A stretch of 63,147 nt of DNA, counting the filler, from Basidioascus undulatus (Eukaryota): assembly GCA_000826855.1 (NCBI GenBank). It is 7 parts of 7 records of this genome, joined end to end, with 100 filler letters (N's around TTAATTAATTAA, not from the genome) between each part and the next. Parts side by side here need not be neighbours in the genome. Positions count along the whole stretch, not along the records: positions 54,245 to 63,147 come from JTLS01001322.1; 6 more parts are not named here. One strand, written 5' to 3'. Positions 61,072 to 63,147 of the stretch are shown piece by piece. Made by a program: the position numbers and the translations under genes. Every line of letters begins with the position of its first letter. Positions within the stretch are counted from its first letter, which is position 1. A model generated the notes under the pieces. The model had not been told where the DNA came from, searched no databases, and saw nothing but the letters and a program-made list of their open reading frames with translations.

Positions 61072-62772
61072 GGCTTGGTTGAGAGAAAGGAAATGTGGGA
61101 GCGGTGGGGAAGAGGAGACAGGCTGAAAACGTGCCGCCGCATGTTTTGTGCGTTCGCGAGGCACGCCGTTGCGGATCAGTGTGGCTGGTCGACGCGCCTT
61201 CTCCGGATCTGGACGGGTTCGAGAAAACTATGGCCTTTACTTCATCACCCAGTCTGACCGTACATCTGGGAGCTTTCAAGAGGGTGGGATCGGGACGGCC
61301 TTGCCCCTCATGCCCGGAGACGTGGGCTTCCGATCGCAGTTGAGCAATGACATGATTTACACACTGGTCCATAATTCTTTGGAGATCGAGCTGACCTAAG
61401 CCCTAGGATTTGAATAAACTGAAAATAAATTTTCCTCTTGTTGTCGTCCTGTTCGTACACGATGCGTAGTCGCGAACGCCCCTCCTCTGTCCGATGCGCG
61501 ATGCGAAGTGGATCTGCGCCCTCACAGCAATTGCGCCCTCTCATTCGTGAACTTTTGGATGTTTGAAAGTCAGAAAGGGAGGGAGAGTTTGTCTTGAGTA
61601 CTGAAGAAGACAAAAGTACCGTCAACGCTGCACCTCTCCCCGAAGTCGAAGCCAAATAGACGAAGCCATGCGTTCCGTGTCCTACCGAAGTCCAACAACC
61701 AAAACACTATCAGAACAAAAGAACCTGTCACTCTACTGTGGACTTAGGCCTGCGATGTCCCCATGCCCCGTATGCAACCACGACGCATACGTGCGACTGC
61801 GTGTGAATGTTCTTCTTCGCTGTTTGGGACGGATCGTTCGCCAGACTGATCATTCCCAAGCTGGAACAGATTTATGGGAACGACTCGTTGAATAGCCCAG
61901 CTAATAGATCCTCCCTCTACTTGTGAGGCTTTGCAAAATGACCAGGGTGCTCGGCCTGCTCGCAGTCGCTCACGGCTCACGCCCTCACGCAGACTCCCAA
62001 CACCCGACAGTTCCGAGGGTGTTTCCTGGAGGATTCAAAGGCATATCCAGTCGCTGAACGAGCTCTATTCAACGCCTGGGGATCCTTCCCCGGTGAAGTC
62101 CCGTCACCACGCGATCCTGCAGTCGCTCTTCCCCCGGCTCATCCCTCAACGTCCAAGCCCCGACTCCCACTCCAAATCCAAATCCAATCACTTTCTGAGA
62201 TCCCCAAATCACCCCCAGCACCGTCCTCCAGAACTCAACGAAACAGTCAAGCAGCCAAGCCTCGCAGCCGCATGGCCCACTGACTGCCCTCAACCCAAGC
62301 AAACACACACGCGCACACACAGGCACACGACGAGAAATGCTAAACAACAGCTTCATTCAAATTGCTCGAAAGCAGAATCGGAAGAAGAAAGCGAGAAGCG
62401 GGAAGCACGCCAGAATCAGAATCATCGAACTCAGAAGCGAATCAACGAAGTGAGGAAGCAGGAGAAAAGCATACAAGACGGCGACACGAGCAAGAGAACG
62501 AGCATAAAGAAAGCGAATCGACGGGGAACAGGGAACGAGGATGGGGGAGGGTGTGTGCTTGTGAAAGAGAGTGAGAGAGATAAACACAGAGAGATGCGGA
62601 TGCGAGTGCGAGTGGACGGGGGACGAAGCGGACGATCATATCGTAGCAGAATAAGAAAATGGTCATGGGAAAGCGGTCGGGGGATGTGTGAGTTGCGAAG
62701 GAAACGAAGAAAGACGAAGAGGACGAACGAAGCGAAACGAGTGTCCTCAACCTCAAGAGCAGCTCAGGGCAC

Positions 62773-63147
62773 CTAGTCCTCCTCCCTCCCTGTACCCACA
62801 GCGCCCCCCTCCACCTCCCTCACCCCGGGCAACCTCAACGGGCTCCCCGCCCCAACCCCGAACTCCTCATCCGCCCACACCCCAAACATGCCCTTCCCCG
62901 GCGTCGGAGCAAGCCCCAGCCGTTGCGTAAGACTCAGATTCTGCGGGCTCGACAACTGATGCCCCCCACCCCTGTCCCCGCCTCCAAACGGAGAATCCAT
63001 GCCCGAAGAAGACATCCACTTCTTGAACGGCGTCATCAGACTGCCAAACGCCGGGCTCGGGGATGCGGGGCCGCCGCCGCCGCCGCGAAGGGCGGATGTC
63101 GTGCGGAAGGGGGAGGGGTTGAAGTACGGCGGGGGGAAGGGGGAAGC
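62773..63147 (-). CDS. 3' end of an unidentified Ser/Pro/Gly-rich protein
   Basis: Open frame from the window end, ..PYFNPSPFRTTSALRGGGG...LTQRLGLAPTPGK...REED*, followed by a long pyrimidine-rich 3' UTR. Confidence 0.6.
   Translation of the reverse strand, partial: ASPFPPPYFNPSPFRTTSALRGGGGGPASPSPAFGSLMTPFKKWMSSSGMDSPFGGGDRGGGHQLSSPQNLSLTQRLGLAPTPGKGMFGVWADEEFGVGAGSPLRLPGVREVEGGAVGTGREED

Noticed and set aside
61931..62776. 281-aa plus-strand ORF
   Set aside because: Antisense of a long pyrimidine-rich 3' UTR, low complexity and without coding-like codon bias

Overview
Eukaryotic, GC-rich, very intron-dense fungal genomic DNA. Splice signals, gene content and protein termini point to a basidiomycete, probably Pucciniomycotina (inference). 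The window is not one locus. It is seven ~8.9-kb contigs joined by identical 100-nt spacers (44 N, TTAATTAATTAA, 44 N), and the five complete internal contigs fall in length (8958, 8955, 8950, 8928, 8916 nt), so neighbourhood across spacers carries no information. Recognisable genes: tRNA-Thr(AGT), an aldo-keto reductase, carnosine N-methyltransferase (N2227), probable SEC15 exon 1, an aldehyde dehydrogenase with ~24 exons, a GPI-anchored Cys-rich protein, COX23, a She3-like coiled-coil protein, GUK1, NudCD1, a Nup1/Nup153-like nucleoporin, RRP3, an orphan 7TM protein, NUP188, eIF4B, PDAP1/HASPP28, an HTD2-like dehydratase and a DHA1 MFS transporter. The ORF track misses several decayed intron-bearing host genes: a RIB2-type deaminase, an AHL-lactonase-like metallo-hydrolase, a GT90 glycosyltransferase, and secreted proteins. 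There is also a Ty3/gypsy RT relic. I found no convincing novel multi-gene system. The best leads are the density of pseudogenes, a tandem pair of secreted Lys/Asp-repeat proteins, a head-on truncation of NudCD1 and the Nup1-like gene, a tRNA-Thr with U1:A72, and microexons carrying catalytic motifs. All protein identifications come from manual translation and motif recognition, not database searches.
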